A stretch of DNA of 64,000 nt, from NCBI GenBank assembly GCA_965203325.1, contig OZ241875.1, positions 4,096,001 to 4,160,000 on the forward strand. Direction: 5' to 3'. This DNA comes from a bacterium. GTDB taxonomy: Bacteria > UBA8248. The position numbers and the translations under genes are program-made. The notes beneath the pieces were generated by a model. That model searched no databases, was not told where the DNA came from, and worked only from the letters and a program-made list of their open reading frames with translations. This document shows positions 54,723-64,000 of this stretch, piece after piece (within the stretch, counting starts at the first letter, position 1; the number at the start of each line of letters is the position of its first letter).

Positions 54723-57056
54723 TTACTCAAAAGGCAAAGGCGCCCATGAACGACTTCTCCGAAATCCGCCTTCTCGTAAAACATTTCTTCCGCGTGTGGA
54801 ACCCAAGGCTCTTTCGCCTTCGAGAAGGCCGACAAGGCTGAAACCGACATAAACTTCGTTTTTCTCCTTTGTGTCAGTGAACGTGAGTTCCACGCCCCAA
54901 CAGCAATCGAGGTAGCGCGCCGTAATGCTTTGCTCCAGCGTGGTCTTTTGGGTTTTGTTCAAACGCGTGATGTATTCGAGAGAAAGGTGCTGGTTGATCG
55001 AGAACCCTCCCCCGAAATTCAGATGACTACCCCCTGCATTGACCGGGTAGTTTCCATTTTGGCGCGTCCAAGTCCGCTCGAGATTGAGATACCACTTCTT
55101 CCCGCCGTCGACAAAGACACCTGTGGAGTGTTCGCTGATTTCCAGGTCATAGGGGTTGTATTTGAATTGTTGTAGCAGGCGAAGCTTGGAGAAGGGCTGC
55201 GATTCGAGACGGAAAGTGATGTCGCTCAAAGGACGTTTCGGTTTCGTGTCCAGATATTCATTCCTTCGTGCTTCGACGAGATCATAAATCTGGCTGATTC
55301 GGTAGCGAAACAACGGTCTTGTCTGAAACCCGTCTTTTATGGGTAGTTTCGTCAATACACGGTTCACGATGGCGTATTCGATGGCATGTTCATGCTGAAG
55401 AGTGTCCACCATATCCAGAGGGAGGATCAGGCTTCTGTCGTACGCGTCGTTGTTCGGGCTGTATTGATACATCGCTTCAAATGAGAGGATGTGCTTAAAA
55501 TCCCGGAAGGGACCGAGTTCGCCTTGGTAGACCTTGCTATATCGCGGGCCAATTGCATGAAGCTTCGCAAACCACATTTCACGTGACAGATCGGATTCCA
55601 CATGTTGCGTATCATCGAAATATGAACCTGCGCCCGGCTCTGTTCTTTGATGCGTCCAGTGGGTCCTGCGGAATCCGATTTCGGGTGTCAGGCCAAGCCA
55701 GGGGACAGTCTCCAAACGAAGCGATACAGATGGTTCGACGTGAAAACGACTCAACCGGAGCGTGTTGTCGTTCTCCGTTTTTCTGAAATTGGTGAAAGAG
55801 GAATCCAAGTTGAAGTAAAAATCGCTTTTCCCGAAACGTTTGTTGTGGATGTCAAGAATCACTTCCGGCGCTTTTTCGAATAACTGCCCATCTTCTTCGC
55901 CCAAGCCTTCGCGTCTTCTCATTCCTAGTTGAAGCTGCCCGGCAATCTTGGGGAAATTTTGCGTGAAAGTGACGTGAGTATCCGTGTCCTGACGCGTGCG
56001 AGTCAGTAAATCGCCTTCAAGGGAGCGATCGTTCGGCGGGCGTTTTTGCAAATCGATTACGGCGTGCAAATTGGCGCCTAAGTCCTTGAAATTCATGCGG
56101 TGGGCGCCCTTGACGTCCCAAAAGGCCACACGCTCGATTTTGTCTTTCAGGTAGCGGCCCGCTATCTGTCCCGAGGTATTTCGATTTGGTGTGTAGCGGT
56201 ACTCTCCTTTGTAGCGGGTGCCGCGCTTGGTGAAATAATCGACCCCGAAGGTGGCGTCCGTCGAATCGTTGATGGCCCAGAAAAATGAAGGGGAAAACTG
56301 AAAGCCGCTTCGACTGCTCGAACCGATGCCCGGCAGGAGGAAGCCGGTGGCTCTTTTTGTTTTTATCGGCACCATCGCCCAGGGGAAAAATGCCGCCGGC
56401 ACGCCTTTCACCGTCATGGTGGGGGCTTCTAGTTGAGCATAGCCCTCGATCTGGAAGGTCGCCCGCTCGAAGCCGAAAGCCCAGTCTGGAAGATCTCCTT
56501 CGCACGTTGTGAAAGTGCCCCCCTGGACTTCGTACCGATCTTCTGCCAAGCGCCGAATCACGCGTCCCGTCACATAATATGTGGTGCCGATGATGCCGCG
56601 CGCGTTGAACACGACCATCCGTTCGGTATCGAGATTAAACTCGATGCGGTTGGCAACGATGCGGTCATTCGTGGTTTGAAAAACAATGTTTCCAGAGGCG
56701 ACGCCGTCGCGCGTCGATGTTTGCACCTCGATATGGTCTGCTCGGATTCTTTTGCCTAAATACTGAATGTCCGCAGAGCCGCGGCCGATAATTCGTTGTC
56801 GCTCCCGATCTTCTCGTATCTCATCGGCCGTGATGGCGATGGCGGCTTCGGGTTCTCTTAAGAACTTCAGGCCCTCGTCGCTTCTTATAGACGGAGTGGG
56901 TGGGACTTGGGCTTGCATACCGCTCTTTGGCTGCGCTTGCGGGCAAGGGGGTGTCCAGAAAAGTACGAAAGAGAAAATGATGATTGATGAGGAAAACCCA
57001 TTTGTTTTCAGAAAGGTGAATTTTGAATTATTTGACACGAAAATTCTCATCATCAC
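54723..57056 (-). CDS. lptD: LPS-assembly protein LptD
   Basis: OstA-like N-terminus (ITAD..IRAD), FTTC..PDW, RATGFLLP, C-terminal YLDCCW. Confidence 0.85.
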   Translation of the reverse strand: MMMRIFVSNNSKFTFLKTNGFSSSIIIFSFVLFWTPPCPQAQPKSGMQAQVPPTPSIRSDEGLKFLREPEAAIAITADEIREDRERQRIIGRGSADIQYLGKRIRADHIEVQTSTRDGVASGNIVFQTTNDRIVANRIEFNLDTERMVVFNARGIIGTTYYVTGRVIRRLAEDRYEVQGGTFTTCEGDLPDWAFGFERATFQIEGYAQLEAPTMTVKGVPAAFFPWAMVPIKTKRATGFLLPGIGSSSRSGFQFSPSFFWAINDSTDATFGVDYFTKRGTRYKGEYRYTPNRNTSGQIAGRYLKDKIERVAFWDVKGAHRMNFKDLGANLHAVIDLQKRPPNDRSLEGDLLTRTRQDTDTHVTFTQNFPKIAGQLQLGMRRREGLGEEDGQLFEKAPEVILDIHNKRFGKSDFYFNLDSSFTNFRKTENDNTLRLSRFHVEPSVSLRLETVPWLGLTPEIGFRRTHWTHQRTEPGAGSYFDDTQHVESDLSREMWFAKLHAIGPRYSKVYQGELGPFRDFKHILSFEAMYQYSPNNDAYDRSLILPLDMVDTLQHEHAIEYAIVNRVLTKLPIKDGFQTRPLFRYRISQIYDLVEARRNEYLDTKPKRPLSDITFRLESQPFSKLRLLQQFKYNPYDLEISEHSTGVFVDGGKKWYLNLERTWTRQNGNYPVNAGGSHLNFGGGFSINQHLSLEYITRLNKTQKTTLEQSITARYLDCCWGVELTFTDTKEKNEVYVGFSLVGLLEGERALGSTRGRNVLREGGFRRSRSWAPLPFE

Positions 57057-57219
57057 GATTTGTTAAGAACTATCTCTAACTTCGGATGAGCCGGGTTTTC
57101 AAAAACGGTTTTGAATCAGAATTGATTATGAATACTATTCGAAGAGATCGCAATCGAGGGGAATAGGCGGTTCATCATTCGAGCCATTTCTAGCGGCATG
57201 AGACGCGCCTAAAGGCGGA

Positions 57220-58056
57220 TCATGAAGATTCCGAGTGGGTTTCTTCAAAGTTTTCGGGAGTGCTCTCTCGTTTGGTTCTCCGCCATCTCGTTATCATTCC
57301 ATAGGGACCGGATGCGGCGTAGCCAACAAAAGCCAGACAGGCAACTACCTGAGGAATCGCCGCCGCCACGAAAAGAGCCAACACCGCGCCGACGAGGACG
57401 CGGAATGGTCTCCTGAGCGGTCCGCTTAAATCCTTGAAACTCTTGTATCGAATGGTGCTTACCATCAGGAATGCAAGAACGTAGCTGAGCGCCGCGATGA
57501 GGATAAGGGGGACATGGGTCTTAATCGAAAAGTCTTCAACCAAATATACGATGGATGCTAAAACACCCGCCGCCCCGGGTATCGGCAGTCCCCGAAAATC
57601 CATGGGACCGCTGCCCGCTTGCGCCAGCACGTTGAAGCGCGCCAGCCTCAGGGCGCCGCAAGCGGCGAATATGAACGTGGCCAGCCAGCCGATTCTGCCG
57701 TAAGGAGCGAGGAGCCAAGTATATATCAAAACGGCCGGCGCGATACCAAAGGCCGTCAGGTCGCACAACGAGTCGTACTGAAGGCCAAAAGAACTGGTGC
57801 TCTTCGTCAACCGGGCGACTGTGCCGTCGAGCCCATCTAAAACGATGGCCAATAATATGGCCAGCGAGGCCCAGGTGAAGTCTCCCTGGATGGAAGCGAC
57901 AATCGCATAGAAACCGGCAAAAAGACTGCCTGTTGTCAGCAGGTTGGGAACCAGGAATATCCCTCGTTGAAAGGAACGCCTTCCGGAGCGGCGTCTTCTC
58001 CTGCGTGAACGACGACCAAATTTATTCCGCGGCTGTCTGGTGGTTTGTTCGTCCAA
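57220..58056 (-). CDS. pssA: CDP-diacylglycerol--serine O-phosphatidyltransferase
   Basis: VPNLLT, DGLDG..AR..FG..DSLCD..FGIAP, ALRLARFN, FRGLPIP, LMVS; start uncertain (TTG 58056 or GTG 58080). Confidence 0.93.
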   Translation of the reverse strand: MDEQTTRQPRNKFGRRSRRRRRRSGRRSFQRGIFLVPNLLTTGSLFAGFYAIVASIQGDFTWASLAILLAIVLDGLDGTVARLTKSTSSFGLQYDSLCDLTAFGIAPAVLIYTWLLAPYGRIGWLATFIFAACGALRLARFNVLAQAGSGPMDFRGLPIPGAAGVLASIVYLVEDFSIKTHVPLILIAALSYVLAFLMVSTIRYKSFKDLSGPLRRPFRVLVGAVLALFVAAAIPQVVACLAFVGYAASGPYGMITRWRRTKRESTPENFEETHSESS

Positions 58057-58678
58057 CGATGGTTTCTCCTCCGCGAACACGCTGCCCCTGTTCTACGGAT
58101 ATATCATATCCTGACGGAAAATATAGGTCCGTACGCGAGCCGAACTGAATCAGCCCGAATCGCTCTCCCGCCCTTATCGTATCGCCCTCCTTGGGCCAGC
58201 AGATGATGCGTCGTGCCAAAACGCCGGCGATTTGAATGACTTTGAAATTATCGCCTGAGTTTGTCTTGATTTCCAGAGTGTTTTGTTCATTGATGTTCGA
58301 GGCGGCTTCTTTGTATGCAGCCAGGAAACGGCCTTTTTTATAATGGATGCTCGATATTCTCCCCTCCACGGGGGATCGGTTGATATGAACGTCCAGGGGA
58401 GAGAGGAAAATCCGGACCACACTTCCGCCATCTTTGGCGGAGGCGATCTCCACGACCCGGCCATCAGCCGGAGATAAGACGACGCCCGGTTCATCAGGCG
58501 GGGTGCGATCAGGGTCTCTGAAAAAACCGGCTACAGCCGCGGCCACAAGAAAAGAAATGGTTGCCCACATCCATCCCCCGAAAAGGAGCGAGATGAGGCC
58601 GATGGCCGATAAACCCGAAATATAGGCCCAACCTTCCCTGGCAATAAATGGCCTGTTGGAGGGGCCTTTTTCACTCAT
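58022..58678 (-). CDS. psd: Phosphatidylserine decarboxylase proenzyme
   Basis: FFRDPDR, SPADG, DVHINR, QIAG..ARRI, self-cleavage motif FGS. Confidence 0.93.
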   Translation of the reverse strand: MSEKGPSNRPFIAREGWAYISGLSAIGLISLLFGGWMWATISFLVAAAVAGFFRDPDRTPPDEPGVVLSPADGRVVEIASAKDGGSVVRIFLSPLDVHINRSPVEGRISSIHYKKGRFLAAYKEAASNINEQNTLEIKTNSGDNFKVIQIAGVLARRIICWPKEGDTIRAGERFGLIQFGSRTDLYFPSGYDISVEQGQRVRGGETIVGRTNHQTAAE

Positions 58679-58681
58679 GGG

Positions 58682-59212
58682 TTAATTTTTAGAACCCTTA
58701 AGAGTTTTGCCCCCACGGGTGAGGGCGACCTTGCCTGTGCGGGCGATTTCTTTGATGCCGAATGGTTGGAGTAAATTCAAAATGGCGTGAATCTTCCCTT
58801 CATCGCCTGTGACTTCAACGGTAATGGTATCTGTAGACACATCGACGACGCGGCCCCGGAAAACGTCGATGATTTGAAAAATCTCCGGCCGCGCGGCTTT
58901 CGGAGCCGAAATCTTGATGAGAATCATCTCTCGTTCGACGCTGTCCGTCTCACCCATGTCCATTACCTTGAAGGTGTCGATGAGCTTGCTGAGGTGTTTT
59001 CTGATCTGCTCGAGAATTTTTGCATCTCCGCGCGTGACGAGAGTGATTCGGGATACGCTCGGGTCCTGCGTTACCCCCACGCAAAGGCTGTCGATGTTGT
59101 AGCCTCGGGCGCTGAACAGACTTGCCACCTTGGCGAGAACGCCGAATTTGTTCTCCACCAAAACCGCTATCGTATGTGTATCATCCTTGGTGTTGTTGGA
59201 ATCTCTGGACAT
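58682..59212 (-). CDS. ilvN: Acetolactate synthase small subunit (copy 1)
   Basis: VENKFGVL, FSARGYNIDSL, EREM, EIARTG; ATG overlaps the upstream TAA. Confidence 0.93.
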   Translation of the reverse strand: MSRDSNNTKDDTHTIAVLVENKFGVLAKVASLFSARGYNIDSLCVGVTQDPSVSRITLVTRGDAKILEQIRKHLSKLIDTFKVMDMGETDSVEREMILIKISAPKAARPEIFQIIDVFRGRVVDVSTDTITVEVTGDEGKIHAILNLLQPFGIKEIARTGKVALTRGGKTLKGSKN

Positions 59213-59715
59213 TATGCGATGGGCTCCCAATCGTCGGGCATGCCGTCGTAGGGCAGCGAAATCATACCCGTGCGCGCCATCTGCGAAATTCCGTAGCCTT
59301 CGAATGCCTTGAGGAGAGTTCTGACCTTATGATCGTTTCCGCTCGCTTCGAGCGTCACAGTGTCATCGGTCATATTAATTACCTGAGCACCGAAGGCGTT
59401 GGCGAGTTGTATGATTTCACTTCTTTTGTTGATGGGTGCTTCGATTGTCGCGAGAACGAGTTCGCGCGTGACGGCTTGGTTATAAGAGATTTGCTCGACT
59501 TCCCGCACGTCGTAGAGCTTGCGGAGTTGTTTGGCGATCTGGTCGAGTTCGTTTTCTTCACCGATGGCGACGATGACGATGCGCGTAATTGTGGCATCCT
59601 CCGTCGGTCCGGCGGCGATGCTTTCGATGTTGTATCCACGGCGCGTGAAAAGGCCCGCTACGTGGGAAAGTACGCCCGCGTGGTTATTGACGAGAATGGA
59701 ATAGACTTGTCTCAT
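59212..59715 (-). CDS. ilvN: Acetolactate synthase small subunit (copy 2)
   Basis: VNNHAGVL, FTRRGYNIESI, KQLRKL, REL, MARTG. Confidence 0.9.
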   Translation of the reverse strand: MRQVYSILVNNHAGVLSHVAGLFTRRGYNIESIAAGPTEDATITRIVIVAIGEENELDQIAKQLRKLYDVREVEQISYNQAVTRELVLATIEAPINKRSEIIQLANAFGAQVINMTDDTVTLEASGNDHKVRTLLKAFEGYGISQMARTGMISLPYDGMPDDWEPIA

Positions 59716-61406
59716 GATTTGGCTTCTCTGGAGGGAGGAGCGAGTTGCATCTCATCGTTTCCGGCGCCGGCGGGAACCATGGGCCAGACGTTTTCCTCCT
59801 TGTTGACTAAGAAATTCAACACTACTGGCCCATCATGCTCGGCCGCCGTCTCGAGGGAATTCCGTACTTCGTTCACGTCAGTGATGTTGATGCCCTTTAC
59901 GCCATAGCCCTCTGCGATCATGCCGAAATCGGGATTTTCCGGATAGTGCGAGTGCGAGTAGCGTTTATCGAAGAACAGTTCCTGCCACTGGCGCACCATC
60001 CCCAGGTAAGCATTGTTCAGGATGGCGACTTTGACGGGGACGTTATAGGTCGCCGCTGTAGCGAGTTCGACGAGTGTCATCGCGAAACTGCCGTCGCCGT
60101 CGATTAGCCAAACATCTTTATCTGGACGGGCGAATTTCGCGCCGATGGCGGCGGGAAGGCCAAAACCCATCGTCCCGAGACCGCCGGAAGTCACCCAGGT
60201 CTTGGGTTCGTTGAAGCGGATGAACTGTGCTGCCCACATTTGATGCTGCCCCACACCGGTCACATAAATGCCGTTGCCTTCGGTAATTTCCTGAATTTGA
60301 TCGATCACGTACTGAGGTTTGATAGAGCCGTCCCAGTCATACTGGAGGGGATAGTTCGTCTTCCAATCCGTCCAGGTTTGTCGCCACTCATCGTAATCCC
60401 CGGGCGTTAGATGCTCATTGAGCGTAATCAGCACGTCCCGTACATTCCCGAGAATCGGAATGTGCGTGTGCACTCGTTTATCGATCTCGGCGTCGTCGAT
60501 GTCGACATGCGCGATGGTCGCGTTAGGGCAAAAGCTCGACACCTTACCCGTCACGCGGTCGTCGAAACGGGCGCCGAGGTTGATGAGCAAATCGCATTCA
60601 CACAGAGCAAAATTCGCATAGGCCGTGCCGTGCATCCCCGGCATACCGAGGAAAAGCTCGTCCGTGCCCGGGAATCCCCCGAGACCCAACAATGTGTTGA
60701 TCACCGGGATGCCCGCCGCTTTTGCGAATTTCGCGAGTTCCTCAGACGCCCCGGACTTGATGATGCCGGCGCCGCCGATGATGACGGGCCGCTCGGCCCG
60801 TTCGATGGCTTCGATCAGTTTCTCGATTCCCTCCATATCGAGTTCGGGATATTCCCTGATAGCCGGAAGAGGGGATTCAGAGGATTCTCGCGGCGCGTAT
60901 TCCGCCTTGGTGATCTGGATATCTTTGGGGAAATCGAGCAAAACGGGGCCGGGCCGGCCTGTCGTCGCCATGCGAATCGCTTCTCGCGTAACGTGTTGAA
61001 TCTCGTTGACGTCTTTAATGAGCCAGTTGAATTTCGTGACCGGAATGGAGCAGCCGTACACGTCGGCTTCCTGGAAGGCGTCGGTGCCAATCATGTTGGT
61101 AGCCACTTGGCCCGTGATGGCGATGAGCGGCACGGAATCCATCTGCGCATTGGCGAGTCCGGTGATGAGGTTCGTGGCTCCGGGGCCTGAAGTCGTGACG
61201 ACGATGGCGACTTTACCACTCACGCGCGCGTATCCATCCGCCATGTGTGCCGCACCCTGCTCGTGACGGGTGAGGATGTGCGGAAAATCCGCCTTCAGCA
61301 GTTCATCGTAAAACGGCATAATGGCGCCGCCTGGTATGCCGAAGGCCATCTCGATGCCTGCCGCTTTTAACTCTTCAATCATAATTTGCGAGCCATTGAG
61401 CTCCAC
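59712..61406 (-). CDS. ilvB: Acetolactate synthase large subunit (copy 2)
   Basis: FGIPGGAI, RHEQ, TSGPGATN, DAFQE, RFDDR, GDGS..NN..LGMVRQWQ. Confidence 0.93.
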   Translation of the reverse strand: MELNGSQIMIEELKAAGIEMAFGIPGGAIMPFYDELLKADFPHILTRHEQGAAHMADGYARVSGKVAIVVTTSGPGATNLITGLANAQMDSVPLIAITGQVATNMIGTDAFQEADVYGCSIPVTKFNWLIKDVNEIQHVTREAIRMATTGRPGPVLLDFPKDIQITKAEYAPRESSESPLPAIREYPELDMEGIEKLIEAIERAERPVIIGGAGIIKSGASEELAKFAKAAGIPVINTLLGLGGFPGTDELFLGMPGMHGTAYANFALCECDLLINLGARFDDRVTGKVSSFCPNATIAHVDIDDAEIDKRVHTHIPILGNVRDVLITLNEHLTPGDYDEWRQTWTDWKTNYPLQYDWDGSIKPQYVIDQIQEITEGNGIYVTGVGQHQMWAAQFIRFNEPKTWVTSGGLGTMGFGLPAAIGAKFARPDKDVWLIDGDGSFAMTLVELATAATYNVPVKVAILNNAYLGMVRQWQELFFDKRYSHSHYPENPDFGMIAEGYGVKGINITDVNEVRNSLETAAEHDGPVVLNFLVNKEENVWPMVPAGAGNDEMQLAPPSREAKS

Positions 61407-61418
61407 GGATGAAACCTC

Positions 61419-63203
61419 CTAGTTATCGGGCAATGCGCTGAGCTTGCCTCGAAGGACTTTTTTCCGGCTGTCCCGAACAATCATGTCTTTTGTCGCGCCG
61501 CCCGCGGGTACCATCGGAAAAACCAACTCATCGGGGTCGACGATCACGTCCAGAATGTAGGGTCCCGGCGTGGTGATCATTTCCTGGATGGCGGGTCTCA
61601 ATTCTTCTTTGTCCACAATCCGTCGACCACTGGCGCCGAATGCCTCCGCGAGCTTGACGTAATCGGGCGAAGAGTCGAAATCCACTTCGCTGAATCGCCT
61701 GTCCATGAACAAATCTTGCCATTGGCGAACCATGCCCAGTGTAGCGTTATTCAACAAAAAGACTTTTACGGGAATTCCATACTGAACAGCGGTGGCGACT
61801 TCTTGCATCACCATCTGAAAACTACCGTCTCCCGCAATATCGATCGCCAGCTTGTCTGGCCTCGCAAGCGCCACGCCGATGGCCGCGGGAAAGCCGAAGC
61901 CCATAGTTCCGAGGCCGCCGGATGAAATGAACTGACGCGGGAAGGTGAAATTGTAAAATTGAGCGGCCCACATCTGGTGTTGTCCTACCTCGGTAGTGAT
62001 GATCGCCTTATCGCCCACTTCCTCACTTAAGGCGACAATGGCCTCTTGCGGCTTGATCGGCGCACCCTCGGGGGAGTCGAACGTGAGCGGGTATTCCGTT
62101 CTCAGGTTCTGGAACCGCTTTTTCCATAAAGCGCGTTTTTGAGGCTTGACGAGTTTATTGACTTCGGCGAGCACCAGGCGGGCGTCGCCGACAACGGGGA
62201 TATCCGCAGCTTTGTTCTTTCCAATGGCCGTGGGGTCTATATCGATATGGATGATTTTCGCCCGGGTCGCGAATTCCGAGACCTTTCCGGTGACGCGGTC
62301 GTCAAACCTTGCGCCGACGGCGATGAGCAAGTCACATTCCATGGTCGCGTAGTTGGCGTATGCCGTCCCGTGCATGCCGAGCATGCCCAATGAGAGTTCA
62401 TGGGCGCTGGGGAAAGCACCTGCTCCCAAAAGCGTATAAGTGACAGGAATCTCCGCCGTTTCCGCGAGTTTCAGGATTTCCTGATGCGCTTCCGAATGGA
62501 TGGCGCCACCGCCCACGTAGAGCAGGGGCTGTTTGGATTCTTTAATGGCTTCGGCTACGCGCTGAATTTGCCTGGGGTGACCTTTTGTCGTGGGCTTGTA
62601 GCCGCGCAAATCCACTTTCTCCGGCACCTGGTAGTGTCCATCGCCGAGAAGGACGTCTTTGGGCAAATCGACGAGTACCGGGCCGGGCCTTCCTGTGCGT
62701 GCGATGTAGAAAGCCTCTTGGATCGTTTCGGCGAGTTCATCTGTGCTCTTGACCAGATAGCTGTGCTTGGTGACGGTTCTTGTCATGCCCACGATGTCGG
62801 CTTCCTGGAAGGCGTCGTTGCCCACCATCGTAGTGGCAACTTGTCCAGTGAGGCATACGATGGGAATGGAATCCATGTAGGCATCCGTGATGCCCGTTAT
62901 GAGATTCGTGGCACCTGGGCCGGAGGTGGTAAGACATACGCCGACCTCACCGCTGGCGCGGGCATATCCCTCGGCCATATGCGCTGCGCACTGTTCGTGT
63001 CTAATGAGTAAATGCTTGATTTTGCTTCTTTCGAGGAACAGATCCAAGAGCGTGAGGAGTATGGCACCCGGATGCCCGAAAACGTACTTTACACCCTCAC
63101 GCTCAAGGCTGCGGTAAATAATCTCGGCCCCTGAGATTTTCTTGGGCTTTAGTTTTGCAGGTTGTTTTGTAGTTTGACTTCTTGTCTTGGTCGCCACGGC
63201 CAT
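61419..63203 (-). CDS. ilvB: Acetolactate synthase large subunit (copy 1)
   Basis: RHEQ, TSGPGATN, DAFQE, LGMHG, RFDDR, GDGSFQM..NN..LGMVRQWQ. Confidence 0.93.
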   Translation of the reverse strand: MAVATKTRSQTTKQPAKLKPKKISGAEIIYRSLEREGVKYVFGHPGAILLTLLDLFLERSKIKHLLIRHEQCAAHMAEGYARASGEVGVCLTTSGPGATNLITGITDAYMDSIPIVCLTGQVATTMVGNDAFQEADIVGMTRTVTKHSYLVKSTDELAETIQEAFYIARTGRPGPVLVDLPKDVLLGDGHYQVPEKVDLRGYKPTTKGHPRQIQRVAEAIKESKQPLLYVGGGAIHSEAHQEILKLAETAEIPVTYTLLGAGAFPSAHELSLGMLGMHGTAYANYATMECDLLIAVGARFDDRVTGKVSEFATRAKIIHIDIDPTAIGKNKAADIPVVGDARLVLAEVNKLVKPQKRALWKKRFQNLRTEYPLTFDSPEGAPIKPQEAIVALSEEVGDKAIITTEVGQHQMWAAQFYNFTFPRQFISSGGLGTMGFGFPAAIGVALARPDKLAIDIAGDGSFQMVMQEVATAVQYGIPVKVFLLNNATLGMVRQWQDLFMDRRFSEVDFDSSPDYVKLAEAFGASGRRIVDKEELRPAIQEMITTPGPYILDVIVDPDELVFPMVPAGGATKDMIVRDSRKKVLRGKLSALPDN

Positions 63204-63472
63204 TTCCTCTCAGCCAGTAGAACTTGCTCTCTCGCTGGCAATGATGTTGATCCGAAAAACGCCGATGATGCCGGCGGTCGTTAAGCAGAAATCAGGGGAC
63301 GGCGCACGAGGGCACACCGCCCCCTTCTTACGCCAGACTCCTTATTCCACAACATCTTTTTCGGACCCATATGGCCGTCTTCCATAATAATTCGTGCGCC
63401 AAAACCCTGAATACGTCTCGGGAAATGCTCGGGTAGATGATCTGCCCTAATTTCTCAAGTACACGACGCGTG

Positions 63473-63502
63473 ATATTACTGCATGTTTTTCGTTCTGGTC
63501 AA
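63473..63502 (-). promoter_or_regulatory. Putative sigma70 promoter of the ilv operon
   Basis: TTGACC-N18-TAATAT on the - strand, about 270 nt upstream of ilvB. Confidence 0.4.
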
Positions 63503-63568
63503 GGATGAAAACATAAAATCTTTTATTTCAAGGTTCTAGCGTTCCTCAGTGAGCGAAACGCCGATCTT

Positions 63569-63775
63569 TCAACTCTTCTCCATCGTTTCCAGTTGAGTCT
63601 TGATAGCGAGCTTTTCTTTTTTGAGTTGTTTTATCTGCTGTTGTTCTTCCGGGGATGGAAACCGAATTTCTTCGAGCGCGAGAATCTTTTCATCCAAAAC
63701 GGAATGTTCTTTTTTCAAGAGTGCGAGTTCCTCGCCTACATTCAAAGTTTCTTCCACTTTTTCAGTTGCTTCCAA
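63569..63775 (-). CDS. DUF465/YdcH-family small coiled-coil protein (TTG start)
   Basis: EHSVLDEKI..LKKEKLAIK pattern; AAGGAG RBS; position upstream of ilvB. Confidence 0.8.
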   Translation of the reverse strand: MEATEKVEETLNVGEELALLKKEHSVLDEKILALEEIRFPSPEEQQQIKQLKKEKLAIKTQLETMEKS

Positions 63776-64000
63776 TGAAAAATCTCCTTTCAGGTATCCA
63801 TGGTGAAAATTTCAGGTTCTCATTTGTGGTTGTAATCGTGTCTTTGAATAATCGTTTAATCTACGAAATCTTGACCTCGGGATCAACTCTGCGAATCGGG
63901 CCATTTGGTTTGCGCCTGTGATTTTCGGCAATAATTCAGAAATATGTTGGCGCTGTGCGGGGGTGTTCGGTTTTCGAGTGCCCTGTGGGTTAACCATGCG

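Overview
Mostly housekeeping chromosome of a GC-rich diderm bacterium (lptD, bamD, gmhA present). The gene order resembles Nitrospinota/Deltaproteobacteria-like lineages; this is an inference, not a taxonomic call. The + strand carries a TCA cluster (icd-mdh-split fumarase-sucCD-ndk), uvrA-truA, an attenuator-controlled trpEGDC, pheA-hisC-tyrA-cmk-rpsA-ihfB, miaA-aroK-aroC, ilvE and tRNA-Leu(CAA). The - strand carries DUF465-ilvB-ilvB-ilvN-ilvN-psd-pssA-lptD-ugd-uxs-gmhA-purBCSQLF-mltD-bamD-sigma70-pgsA-plsY. An accessory stretch (~16.2-23.0 kb) interrupts the aromatic amino-acid cluster. Its most striking part is a 990-bp cassette bounded by a 261-bp direct repeat of a hydrolase gene's 3' end, in which the copies differ only by synonymous changes. 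The cassette holds a stand-alone putative BECR/PBECR-type ribonuclease gene and a convergent ~70-nt structured RNA with its own consensus sigma70 promoter and U-tract, a candidate nuclease/RNA-antitoxin module. Also noted: a six-site operator array with exact 55-bp periodicity over the promoter of a Fic gene, several GTAG-type REP clusters without a transposase, and a nested second ilvB/ilvN pair. All family calls come from reading motifs by eye; no database searches or folding programs were run.
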